Shown: positions 1-10,889 of the stretch, one piece after another
Numbering within the stretch: the first letter of the stretch is position 1
How the letters are laid out: each line of letters begins with the position of its first letter
Assembly (NCBI GenBank): GCA_041660745.1
Contig: JBAZVT010000002.1
Location: forward strand, 15,210 to 79,209
Source of the DNA: Minisyncoccota bacterium
Lineage (GTDB): Bacteria > Patescibacteriota > Minisyncoccia > Phycocordibacterales > JBAZVT01
Reading direction: 5' to 3'
Length of the DNA: 64,000 nt
Notes under the pieces: model-generated
What the model saw: the letters and a program-made list of their open reading frames with translations, nothing else
The model's database searches: none
What the model was told of the DNA's origin: nothing
Program-made: the position numbers and the translations under genes

Positions 1-228
1 TTCAAGTCTGAAGTATCAAGTCTCGTTCCTTCGTTTATTATTGCTTGTGATGCTGGAACCGGTGCTTCAACTCCAGTTGTTGCTTCAACAACAAATGTCG
101 CGGATATTGCCGCTACATCTTGTGCTGCTGACGGATCATTTGCTGTAGTTGCAACCTCAAAAAAGGTATCAACATGTACAGCAACACTTACAGCAACAGG
201 AACATTGTTTTCTACTGATTGTGAATAG
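1..228 (+). CDS. partial CDS (3' end): Cys-containing secreted/pilin-like protein C-terminus
   Basis: Open frame 1 from window edge to TAG at 226-228 (…ATSCAADGSFAVVATSKKVSTCTATLTATGTLFSTDCE*); Ser/Thr/Cys-rich like C-terminus of downstream pilin; followed by hairpin terminator. Confidence 0.4.
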   Translation, partial: FKSEVSSLVPSFIIACDAGTGASTPVVASTTNVADIAATSCAADGSFAVVATSKKVSTCTATLTATGTLFSTDCE

Positions 229-246
229 TTAATCCCGTTAACTAAT

Positions 247-284
247 GCAAACAAAAACTGCCTAAAAGGGCAGTTTTTGTTTGC
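247..284. terminator. Rho-independent terminator (perfect 16-bp inverted repeat gcaaacaaaaactgcc/ggcagtttttgtttgc)
   Basis: Palindrome read directly in sequence, T-run on both sides. Confidence 0.7.
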
Positions 285-396
285 ATATCCATCTTATGCG
301 TAGGTCTTTGGTTATCCCCAGCATGTTTTTTTTCTTTCTGGTATAATATGGGGTATTAGAATCCATTAGGATTTATTTATTAATATTTAAAAACAT

Positions 397-816
397 ATGA
401 ATAGAAACAAAGGTTTTACACTTATCGAACTTCTCGTCGTTATCGCAATTATTGGTATTTTGTCATCAGTTGTTTTGTCTTCTTTGAGTACTGCACGTAC
501 CAAGGCACAGCTTGCTGCTGCACAGTCAACCGTGGGAGGGCTTCTTCCAAGTTTAATAATCTGTCTGGATGAAACCACAGCTTTTACAGCCCCTGTTGCT
601 GCGACAGCCGACGGAAAAGGGACGGGAAATGCAACTGGTGTTGTGTGTGGTGCTGGAACTCCATATCCAAAATTACCTAACGGTTGGTTGTATAGAAGTG
701 CTACTATGGATAAGCCTACGGGTGTAATTAGTCTGGTGGTTTCGAATGGAACGACCGCTAATACTAGTGATAAAATAACTTGTGATCAGAATTCTTGTGT
801 AACCGGAAAATATTAA
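397..816 (+). CDS. type IV pilin-like protein (prepilin N-terminal methylation motif)
   Basis: N-terminus MNRNKGFTLIELLVVIAIIGIL = class III signal peptide (G|FTLIE); Cys-containing C-terminal D-region; TATAAT-like box at 334-341. Confidence 0.8.
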   Translation: MNRNKGFTLIELLVVIAIIGILSSVVLSSLSTARTKAQLAAAQSTVGGLLPSLIICLDETTAFTAPVAATADGKGTGNATGVVCGAGTPYPKLPNGWLYRSATMDKPTGVISLVVSNGTTANTSDKITCDQNSCVTGKY

Positions 817-846
817 TTAGTAAAAGTTAATATCTCTTCTATTTCT

Positions 847-882
847 TAAAAAACACCAAGCTAAAAGGCTTGGTGTTTTTTA
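847..882. terminator. Rho-independent terminator
   Basis: aaaaacaccaagc-taaaa-gcttggtgtttttt hairpin plus T-tract. Confidence 0.75.
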
Positions 883-986
883 ATTTCCACTCCTATTATT
901 AGAGGGATGTTGTTAATGGTATGTGTGCGGGACTTTATTAAAAAGGAGTTATTCCTAGTCATTTGGAAGAGGGGAATATATAATAT

Positions 987-1826
987 ATGCATATGGATAT
1001 TTCTTTTGGAATTTTCTTTTTCATATTAGGGATAGTTGTAGGCAGCTTTTTAAATGTTGTGGTTCTCCGTTACCGCTCTGGACTGAAGGCTACTCAGGGA
1101 AGGTCTATTTGTTTTACCTGTGGTAAAACACTTCACTGGTACGAGCTTATCCCCGTAGTCAGCTTTTTCATTCAAGGTGCACGCTGTCGTGGATGTAAGA
1201 GTCGTATTTCTTGGCAGTATCCTCTTGTTGAACTTCTTACTGGTGTTATTTTTACCCTTGTCTATTTCAAAGAGGGACTCACAATAATTCTTCCACTACA
1301 GCTCATCCTCTGGTGTGTGCTTATTGCAATACTTGTCTATGATATGAAGCATATGATTATCCCTGATGCCATGGTAATTATTTTTACCATTCTTGCATTT
1401 ATGATACTTGCACTCGAGGCTTCCACTATCGGTGGTGGAGTAGAAATGGTCGATGTGTTCGCAGGAGTGTTTCTCTTTATCCCATTTTATGCACTGTGGT
1501 TTTTCTCATATGGGAAATGGATTGGACTCGGTGATGGAAAACTCGCCATTGGTATCGGTACGCTGCTTGGTATTTCTGGAGGAGTATCGGCGGTAATGTT
1601 GGCGTTTTGGATTGGGGCAATAGTCAGCGTCTTTTTGCTTATTCTTGATCGAGTTTTGAAACATGGGCCGGTTCGAAGAATACTCAGTAGATTCTTCCCT
1701 AGGGGTTTGAATATAAAAAGCGAAATTCCTTTCGCGCCGTTTCTGATTGCAGGCACATTCCTTGCGTATTTCTATTCTATTACCTTCACCACATTGAGTG
1801 TTTCATTGTTTTCACTACATTTGTAA
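987..1826 (+). CDS. pilD: prepilin peptidase (A24 family, PilD-like)
   Basis: CFTCGKTLHWYELIPVVSF…CRGCKSRISWQYPLVELLTG tetracysteine zinc motif, DMKHMIIPD catalytic Asp box, multi-TM. Confidence 0.85.
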   Translation: MHMDISFGIFFFILGIVVGSFLNVVVLRYRSGLKATQGRSICFTCGKTLHWYELIPVVSFFIQGARCRGCKSRISWQYPLVELLTGVIFTLVYFKEGLTIILPLQLILWCVLIAILVYDMKHMIIPDAMVIIFTILAFMILALEASTIGGGVEMVDVFAGVFLFIPFYALWFFSYGKWIGLGDGKLAIGIGTLLGISGGVSAVMLAFWIGAIVSVFLLILDRVLKHGPVRRILSRFFPRGLNIKSEIPFAPFLIAGTFLAYFYSITFTTLSVSLFSLHL

Positions 1827-2002
1827 CATACATGTATATGGTTAAAATTTTTTCAAAAAAAAGGGGGTTACTTACAAAAGGGTTTACCCATGCACTAATT
1901 TTGGCATCGTGTTTATATTGCTTTCTCAAAAAAGTGATAAATAAAGTATTTTCTCTACATGATGTCTTGTGCATTAAATTTTTTAAAAAACACAAAGCAA
2001 TA

Positions 2003-2581
2003 ATGCCAAAGTTGGTGTCGGGGTTCACGCTTGTGGAGATGCTTATTGCGATCGGTATTATTACGGCATTAAGCGGGGTTGTTTTGTTTAACTACGGCTC
2101 TTTTAATTCTAGTCTGGCTCTTACAAACCTCGCATATGATATTGCGTTGACTGTCCGCCAGGCAGAGTATTATGGTATCGGCTCAAAGAGTTCTGAAGGA
2201 GATTTTACAACAGGGTATGGTGTTCATTTTGATACAGTACAGAATACAACATATAATATTTTCAGTGTCTTGAAAGAGGAGACGAGTTATGCATTTCTAG
2301 ATCCAAATCAAGTGGTTCAGATTTTTGACTTGAATAATGGAAATTATATTTCTAGTATACACAAAATTAATCCTTGTGAGCCGGTTTCTGGGAATGTGGA
2401 TGTTGTATTTTTCCGACCATTGCCGAAGGTTTATTTCTCGTATGGAGGTACGACAGAGCTTTCCAATGGTATAGTTGTCGAAATAAAATCTACGCGTGCA
2501 GATGATAAAAAAATGTATGTTAAGATATTATCATCAGGGCAGATCGGGGTGAGTAAGACGTCTGAATGTTACCCGTCATAA
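2003..2581 (+). CDS. pseudopilin / minor pilin (prepilin-type N-terminus)
   Basis: MPKLVSGFTLVEMLIAIGIITAL prepilin motif; longest ORF begins 1832 but motif-containing start at ATG 2003. Confidence 0.7.
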   Translation: MPKLVSGFTLVEMLIAIGIITALSGVVLFNYGSFNSSLALTNLAYDIALTVRQAEYYGIGSKSSEGDFTTGYGVHFDTVQNTTYNIFSVLKEETSYAFLDPNQVVQIFDLNNGNYISSIHKINPCEPVSGNVDVVFFRPLPKVYFSYGGTTELSNGIVVEIKSTRADDKKMYVKILSSGQIGVSKTSECYPS

Positions 2582-2586
2582 AAAAC

Positions 2587-3102
2587 ATGAATACTACTAA
2601 TACAAAAAAGGGCTTCACGTTGATAGAACTTATGGTTGCCGTATCTATTTTTGCTATGGTTATGACGTTGGCAACCGGAGCAACTCTTTCAATTATTTCT
2701 CAAAATAGGCATGCTCGCGCAATGCAAGCAGTGATGATGAATCTTAATTATGCTCTGGAAACCATGGCAAGAAATATACGATATGGTAGTGGCTATAACT
2801 TGATGCCTGACGGGTCCCTGTCTTTTATATCAAAGATGTCTGACGGCGAACCAACCGCATATCGTTTAGGAGATCCAGATCTAGGTGAAAATGATGAAGT
2901 TATTTATCTCGAAGTTAATGGGCTAGCGACAGAGCTCACATCTCCACAAGAGGTAATAATTGATGATTTCTCTTTTGACATTACGGGCGATACAAGAAAA
3001 TTTATTTCTATTTTTATAGGGGGCTCTGCGAAGATTGATGGCGGGAATACGGTCCCGTTTACTCTACAGACTGCGGTTTCCTCAAGATCAGTTGAATTAT
3101 GA
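2587..3102 (+). CDS. pseudopilin / minor pilin
   Basis: MNTTNTKKGFTLIELMVAVSIFAMV prepilin motif; start ATG 2587 just after upstream stop. Confidence 0.7.
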   Translation: MNTTNTKKGFTLIELMVAVSIFAMVMTLATGATLSIISQNRHARAMQAVMMNLNYALETMARNIRYGSGYNLMPDGSLSFISKMSDGEPTAYRLGDPDLGENDEVIYLEVNGLATELTSPQEVIIDDFSFDITGDTRKFISIFIGGSAKIDGGNTVPFTLQTAVSSRSVEL

Positions 3103-3680
3103 TTGCACTTATGAAAAAGATTTTGAAAAAAGAAAATTTAAAAAAGACGAAATCTGGATTTGCACTTATAGAGTCGCTGGTCGCCATTCTTATTTTGTCG
3201 ATCATAACCACATCCGCTTTTTCTGCAATTGCAAGCAGTATAGGATCCATTAATGATGTGCGTGACGAACTGGTTGCATACCAATTAGCAAATGAATCGT
3301 ATGAGATGCTTCATTTTGCGAAGGATACAGCTTATGACGATTGGTCACTAAGCCCCACTGAAAATCCTCCAGAATGGCCTTTGTCAGGATTTGGTGCTGG
3401 TGAATGTGATTCGGGAGGTGACAGGTGTATTGTTAGGATTGTTGGGTCTACTGTAGAAGTTATTACATCGATACCAAACGTTTCTTTATATAATACATCC
3501 GAGGGTAGATTTGTGGATTCAGGAGTAACTGTTCCTGGTGACAAGATATCAAAATTTTCTCGATGGATTACAATTGAGAATACGAGTGATTTATTCTCCA
3601 AAAATATTGCAGTACATGTTCGATGGGAGAGTAAGGGTAGAACAAGAAACGTTGCGATTAATGGTTTGTTGTATAAATAA
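3099..3680 (+). CDS. pseudopilin / minor pilin
   Basis: …KKTKSGFALIESLVAILILSII prepilin motif; ATGA overlap with upstream gene (alt start 3111). Confidence 0.7.
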   Translation: MIALMKKILKKENLKKTKSGFALIESLVAILILSIITTSAFSAIASSIGSINDVRDELVAYQLANESYEMLHFAKDTAYDDWSLSPTENPPEWPLSGFGAGECDSGGDRCIVRIVGSTVEVITSIPNVSLYNTSEGRFVDSGVTVPGDKISKFSRWITIENTSDLFSKNIAVHVRWESKGRTRNVAINGLLYK

Positions 3681-3684
3681 TTAT

Positions 3685-4233
3685 ATGAGAGAAAAGATTC
3701 ACCGCTCACAGGGGGTTACATTATTTATAGCAGTACTTGTTGTTTCCATGCTTTCTTTGGCATCGCTTTCAATATCAAACATTGCCTTGAAACAAGTACT
3801 TATTGGTGGTTCTGTAAAATCTTCCCAAAAAGCCTATGTTGCGGCAGATAGTGGGATGGAATGTGCGTTGTATTGGGATACTCATAACTATGACAATGAA
3901 GGAAGTCTGTTTAATCATACATATTCTCCCGAAACTTTTACTTGTGGCACTGGAGTAGTGAATGATTTGGGGCAAGTAGATGATGGGGGATATGATGGTG
4001 TTTTTGATTGTGTTAATAGTACTACCGGAGAGCCTTACGATGATGGTTTGCTAACTTCAGAATTTGAAGTTGATTACGATTTGCTTGCTTGTTCAATTGT
4101 TTCTATTAAGAAAACTTGTGATGGTGATAAAGTAAACACTGTAGTCAGTGCTCGTGGGTACAACGTTGGTTGTGCTTCTGAAAATTTTGATTCTAATCGC
4201 GTTGTGGAGCGTGCGATTCAGGCAGTGTACTAG
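3685..4233 (+). CDS. pilus-associated protein with N-terminal TM anchor (PilX-like?)
   Basis: MREKIHRSQGVTLFIAVLVVSMLSLASLSISNIAL hydrophobic N-term, Cys/Asp-rich C-term; follows pseudopilin genes in same operon. Confidence 0.5.
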   Translation: MREKIHRSQGVTLFIAVLVVSMLSLASLSISNIALKQVLIGGSVKSSQKAYVAADSGMECALYWDTHNYDNEGSLFNHTYSPETFTCGTGVVNDLGQVDDGGYDGVFDCVNSTTGEPYDDGLLTSEFEVDYDLLACSIVSIKKTCDGDKVNTVVSARGYNVGCASENFDSNRVVERAIQAVY

Positions 4234-4345
4234 GTTTTATAGTGATTCTTTTTGGCGGGGATTAGAAAAGTTATCAACACATGCTCTGGTATGAGTGTGG
4301 TATTATTATACTAACTTTAAAAGTCATATATTAACGATCTTTTTT

Positions 4346-5620
4346 ATGAGGCATTATAAAAATATACTCGGTATTGGTTTGGGAGTTATCAGTATCATTG
4401 GTATTTTATTGTTTGTTATAACATTCCAAACAATGACACTGAAATCAGTACCAGAAGCTCTTGCCGTGACTGGTCCTGGAAGGGCTCTAACAGGGACAAT
4501 TTGGTCTAGTAATGTCGGTTGGGTGAGTCTTAATTGTATTAGTGCAAATGGAGACGAAAGTGCTTGTAGTCCTACGCGGTACGGAGTTTTTTTTGATGAA
4601 GCAACCAAAACTTTTTCCGGTGCCGCATGGTCTAATAATGTTGGTTGGATAACTTTTAATGCTGCAAACGTTTTGAATTGTGCCAATCCAGATACTGCTA
4701 GTGTTGTTTCCACTTCTGGTCAAGCAGCGCAGATACGAGCTGATAACCGTCTTGTTGGCTGGGCAAGAGTTTATTCTGAGATTGGAAGAAGCGATGGTTG
4801 GAATGGTTGTATAGATCTTTCAGGTACTACAAAAGGTACCGCATCTTCGTATGTTCCCGCAACGGGTGTTATAAGTTCGGGGAGTGTGTGGGGTTCAGAG
4901 GTTTTTGGGTGGGGACAGCTTCAAAGTGTGAAAGTGAACAGTGCGGTAACGTTTTCCTGTACAGGTGCTAGACCTCTAAATACTCTCGTGTGCGCAAATG
5001 ATGAATCAGGTCTTACCGCAAACACCACCTGGACCTCACGATCGGGAAGTTCGGGATGCACCACTGCTCTAAAATGTGAATATTATCCAGATCCTAATTA
5101 TCACGATCCAGCCACGAAATGTACTCAAGGTGAATTTAATACTTTAGGATCTGATGCGGTGATGTGTGGTGCTGTTAATAGTACAAATCATTCGGGTAAT
5201 TGGTATAACTTAGGAGAATTTTCCTCTCCATCTGAACCAACTTCTTGTGGTGGCTGTGAATATTACACAAGGGACACTGGCGGGGGTGAGGGAGAAGAAG
5301 ATGAAGAAGTTTCTTGTTCTTTGACGGTTACAGGAACTATCGGGGGTGTTCCTGCTGCTCCGGTTGGTGCTCCTGTGACGTGGACTGTGACTGATAGTGA
5401 CGGCGCTATAATCACTGGAAAGACAGTTTATTCATCGGCATCGGCAACATCTGCATCGTGGGGAATTTCAAATAGTGCTGGGAAAATTATAAAACCATAT
5501 TCTACAGTGGGGTACAAAAAACTTTACATAGATGATATTACTGGTGATGGAGTGAGAAACCAGTGTGGAACAGATCAGGTTTTAATTACCAATAACCCAA
5601 GCGATATTCGTGAGAATTAA
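4346..5620 (+). CDS. large Cys-rich secreted/TM-anchored protein (pilus tip or surface adhesin candidate)
   Basis: N-terminal TM, repeated WSxNVGW(V/I)xxN motif, many Cys, acidic GGGEGEEDEE stretch; last gene of pilus operon. Confidence 0.5.
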   Translation: MRHYKNILGIGLGVISIIGILLFVITFQTMTLKSVPEALAVTGPGRALTGTIWSSNVGWVSLNCISANGDESACSPTRYGVFFDEATKTFSGAAWSNNVGWITFNAANVLNCANPDTASVVSTSGQAAQIRADNRLVGWARVYSEIGRSDGWNGCIDLSGTTKGTASSYVPATGVISSGSVWGSEVFGWGQLQSVKVNSAVTFSCTGARPLNTLVCANDESGLTANTTWTSRSGSSGCTTALKCEYYPDPNYHDPATKCTQGEFNTLGSDAVMCGAVNSTNHSGNWYNLGEFSSPSEPTSCGGCEYYTRDTGGGEGEEDEEVSCSLTVTGTIGGVPAAPVGAPVTWTVTDSDGAIITGKTVYSSASATSASWGISNSAGKIIKPYSTVGYKKLYIDDITGDGVRNQCGTDQVLITNNPSDIREN

Positions 5621-5638
5621 TAGCTAATTATCATAATC

Positions 5639-5974
5639 ATGGATCCATTACAACAACCTGAAGTAGATCTACAATTTAAGAACACTTCATCAAATTCAAG
5701 AAAATGGGCGTATGCGGCTGGTGTGATTGTTTTACTTATGCTTGCGGGGTTCTTCGCACAGAAATATTACTTTGCGTCATGGAGAAACGTACCTGCAGAA
5801 CCTGTACAAAAAAGATTACTAAGTGATGTAGAGCGTGCAGAGATTCAAAAACAACTCGCCCCAACAACCCAGCTATCGGTGGAAGAGCGAAATAAAATCC
5901 AGAAAGAACTTGCACCGACAGCAAGTTTGACGGATGCAGAACGAATAGAGATTCAAAACCAGCTCAAACCTTAA
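5639..5974 (+). CDS. small TM protein with tandem ~17-aa repeats
   Basis: One TM helix then 3 repeats (E)IQKQLAPT…L(S/T).(E/A)ER. Confidence 0.45.
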   Translation: MDPLQQPEVDLQFKNTSSNSRKWAYAAGVIVLLMLAGFFAQKYYFASWRNVPAEPVQKRLLSDVERAEIQKQLAPTTQLSVEERNKIQKELAPTASLTDAERIEIQNQLKP

Positions 5975-5992
5975 TAATTAAAAGTTTACTCG

Positions 5993-6841
5993 ATGAAACA
6001 AAAATTACTCGAAACTATAAAAATTCTCACCATTGCTATCCTTGCTCTCGCTGGCGTCGCCTATGCAGGCCCATGGACTGGACCAACACAATCATTTCCA
6101 AACGGTAATGTTGGTGCTCCCATAAATGTGGGCAGTAGTAGTCAAACAAAGACAGGTGCATTCTGGTCACAGGCATCTTTAGGGACCGATGGAAGTGGTT
6201 CTTTTAATGGTGGGGGTGTTTATATAAATCGAAATGCAGCAGATCCTTTTATTGTATTTAAGAGGAATGCTGCTAATGCTGGACAGATTCGGGGAGGTAG
6301 TGACGGTTTACTTGTAACAAATGCAGATGCATCGAAGACTTTGTTAAAGGTTAAGTATGCTGGAGATGAGGTTTCGACTAACGGTGATGTTCGGGTTAAT
6401 GGAGGTGACGTGTATATGGGTAACGGAAATAGTCATTACTATGGTGATGCGAATAATCTTGCTGCTCGCATGAGTGGATCCTTTCATGTCCAAGGTGCTG
6501 ATGGTACTGGGAGTAAAGATGTCTATGCGAACGATTACTATATTGGAAAGACGGGTAAGTGGGCAAGTGAGTCAGCAGGAGGAGGGCTTACGGTCGGGCA
6601 GAGTTATGGGGTTGCTTTGCATAGTGCGGATGATGCCGAAAAAATAGTTTCTATGGGAAGTAGTCATAAATTTTGTGCTCTTACATATACAAACACCTAT
6701 TCATATCAAGAGTCAAGGGGTGTGTGTGAGATATATAAAGAGGGGACTGAGTGGAAACTGAGAGCTATCTGGCAAACTACAAAAGCTACAAGCAATCCCA
6801 GTAATGGTGTGGTTGGTTGTACAGCGGCATGTTTGGATTAA
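5993..6841 (+). CDS. secreted protein, paralog family member 1 (signal peptide AYA|GPW)
   Basis: MKQKLLETIKILTIAILALAGVAYAGPWTGPTQSFPNGNVGAPINVGSSSQTK; conserved 4-Cys C-terminal domain. Confidence 0.6.
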   Translation: MKQKLLETIKILTIAILALAGVAYAGPWTGPTQSFPNGNVGAPINVGSSSQTKTGAFWSQASLGTDGSGSFNGGGVYINRNAADPFIVFKRNAANAGQIRGGSDGLLVTNADASKTLLKVKYAGDEVSTNGDVRVNGGDVYMGNGNSHYYGDANNLAARMSGSFHVQGADGTGSKDVYANDYYIGKTGKWASESAGGGLTVGQSYGVALHSADDAEKIVSMGSSHKFCALTYTNTYSYQESRGVCEIYKEGTEWKLRAIWQTTKATSNPSNGVVGCTAACLD

Positions 6842-6938
6842 GTTATTATTACTTTTTGAAAAGGTTAATGTGGAAGAAGGGACCTTTGAAGTGGTTTGGG
6901 TGTAGAATTACTGGTGTATGTAAAATTAATTTTATTAT

Positions 6939-7655
6939 ATGAAACAAAAATTACTCGAAACTATAAAAATTCTCACCATCGCCATTCTTGCTCTCGCTGG
7001 CGTCGCCTATGCAGGTCCATGGATTGGACCAGCACAAACATTTCCAAACGGTAATGTTGGTGCGCCCATAAATGTGGGTAGTAGTAGTCAAACAAAGACA
7101 GGTGCATTCTGGTCACAAACATCTCTTGGGTCTGATGGCGGAGCTTATTTTGGTGGAAGTAGCGTTAAATTACGCAGGGCTACAGCGGGTCCTGTAGAAT
7201 ACGTTCTATATAATGGAGGAGGGCAGGCGGAATGGAGCTTGCGTCAGTCTGCGGCAACGGATCCTACTTTCCGGCTTTCGCGTTTTATTTCGGGCACATA
7301 TACTGACGCGCTTACTGTTGATACAAGTGACACTGTGCGTGTGGTAAATAAATTACGAGCGAAGAAACTTCGTATTGATGGTGATGCCGATCCTGTTATA
7401 GGACAAGTTTTGACAGCGGTTGATGCAAATGGAAATGCTCAGTGGCGACCACAAACATTTGGCGGTCTTTATATGAAAGCTGGAGATTCAAATACATGCC
7501 GATATTCAAACCCTCTGACTGGGGCATGTAGCTGTCCTTCTGGTTATGCTGAATATCAATTTTGGGAATGGGTAAATGGGGTTGGGGATGCTTACGGTAG
7601 TCCTGCAGGGTTTAATAATAACGTCGTAATGTTTCAGTGTATTTGGAAGCCCTAA
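6939..7655 (+). CDS. secreted protein, paralog family member 2
   Basis: First ~185 nt ~93% identical to 5993 gene, divergent C-terminus. Confidence 0.6.
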   Translation: MKQKLLETIKILTIAILALAGVAYAGPWIGPAQTFPNGNVGAPINVGSSSQTKTGAFWSQTSLGSDGGAYFGGSSVKLRRATAGPVEYVLYNGGGQAEWSLRQSAATDPTFRLSRFISGTYTDALTVDTSDTVRVVNKLRAKKLRIDGDADPVIGQVLTAVDANGNAQWRPQTFGGLYMKAGDSNTCRYSNPLTGACSCPSGYAEYQFWEWVNGVGDAYGSPAGFNNNVVMFQCIWKP

Positions 7656-7720
7656 TTTTTCAAATATTCTTTTGAAGCAAAAGTAAATTTATTAGAATTC
7701 AAAATAAAATAAAGGTAACC

Positions 7721-8491
7721 ATGTTTAAGAATAAATTGAAAGATATGCTAAAAATTATTGTGGCGGTGATCCTTCTTTCTGCTGGCCTCGCTTATGCAGG
7801 CCCCTGGACTGGACCAACACAAACATTTCCAAATGGTAATGCTGATGCGCCCATAAATGTGGGCAGTAGTAATCAAACGAAACTTGGGGCAATTGGAGCG
7901 ACGAATTTTATTACTGCTAAGGCTAGTGTTAACAATGATGGTAGTGCATCATTTGCAGTGGGAAAGATAACTATTGGATCAGACGGTGCTTTGAGTATAA
8001 AAAACAGTTCAAATGTTCAAACAGCAAGAATCGGCCCCGCCGGAGTGGGTACTTTTTCTTCTCTTAAGGTTACAGGGGGTTCTCCTGTTGCGGGTCAGGT
8101 TCTTGGTGCGAAAGATGGAGAGGGTAATTTGGAGTGGAAAAATATCTCTTCCCCCACAACTTCTTCCGGAGTCTCAAAAATAATTGCGGGAACCAACGTT
8201 ACAATTAGTCCTACAAGTGGTGTTGGAAATGTAACTATAAATTCAAACGCATCTTCTCCATCTCCATCGGTGGTTAGATATGAGAATTTAAAACATGGTA
8301 GTCAAAAAGATATTGGCAATCATACCTTTTGCGCCTTAAGCGTAGCGCGTTCTATTGAGTACGAGACACGTATTGCATATGGTTTTTCTTGCGAGGTTTA
8401 TAAGAGTGGTAGTTCGTGGATTTTGAAAAATGAAACAACAGCTGGTGCTCAGGAGGGAGTAATGTGTGCCGCCTACTGTATGGATTTTTGA
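7721..8491 (+). CDS. secreted protein, paralog family member 3
   Basis: AYAGPWTGPTQTFPNGNADAPINVGSSNQTK conserved N-domain; C-terminal FCAL…CEVYK…C.AYCMDF domain shared with member 1. Confidence 0.6.
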   Translation: MFKNKLKDMLKIIVAVILLSAGLAYAGPWTGPTQTFPNGNADAPINVGSSNQTKLGAIGATNFITAKASVNNDGSASFAVGKITIGSDGALSIKNSSNVQTARIGPAGVGTFSSLKVTGGSPVAGQVLGAKDGEGNLEWKNISSPTTSSGVSKIIAGTNVTISPTSGVGNVTINSNASSPSPSVVRYENLKHGSQKDIGNHTFCALSVARSIEYETRIAYGFSCEVYKSGSSWILKNETTAGAQEGVMCAAYCMDF

Positions 8492-8495
8492 TTTA

Positions 8496-10573
<2,078 letters not shown>

Positions 10574-10592
10574 ATGCTAGTATAATCTTCAT

Positions 10593-10880
10593 ATGATAGA
10601 TATCAAAGATATTGAAAAGCTTGCAGAATTAAGTCGTATAAAGCTTACTGATGAAGAAAAACAGAAATTCGGCACAGAAATCGAATCTATTTTGGCGTAT
10701 GTTAATCAGATTCAAGAGGTGGCAGGTGCTACAGCTTCAGAACAACCTGTTGTGGGAGAGGTGAGAAACGTAATGCGCCCCGATACTAATTCAAACGAAA
10801 GTGGTGCTAATACAGAAATGATTCTTGCAGAAGCTCCAGCTCGGGAAGGTGATTTGCTTAAGGTTAAGAAAATACTTTAA
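10593..10880 (+). CDS. gatC: Asp-tRNA(Asn)/Glu-tRNA(Gln) amidotransferase subunit C
   Basis: MIDIKDIEKLAELSRIKLTDEEKQKF…; immediately upstream of gatA. Confidence 0.8.
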   Translation: MIDIKDIEKLAELSRIKLTDEEKQKFGTEIESILAYVNQIQEVAGATASEQPVVGEVRNVMRPDTNSNESGANTEMILAEAPAREGDLLKVKKIL

Positions 10881-10889
10881 TTAGCTTCT

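Noticed and set aside
1487-2028. Minus-strand ORFs 1487-1756 and 1786-2028, plus + ORF extension 1832-2002
   Set aside because: They overlap the prepilin peptidase and pilin genes; the prepilin motif defines the real start at 2003; no independent support.
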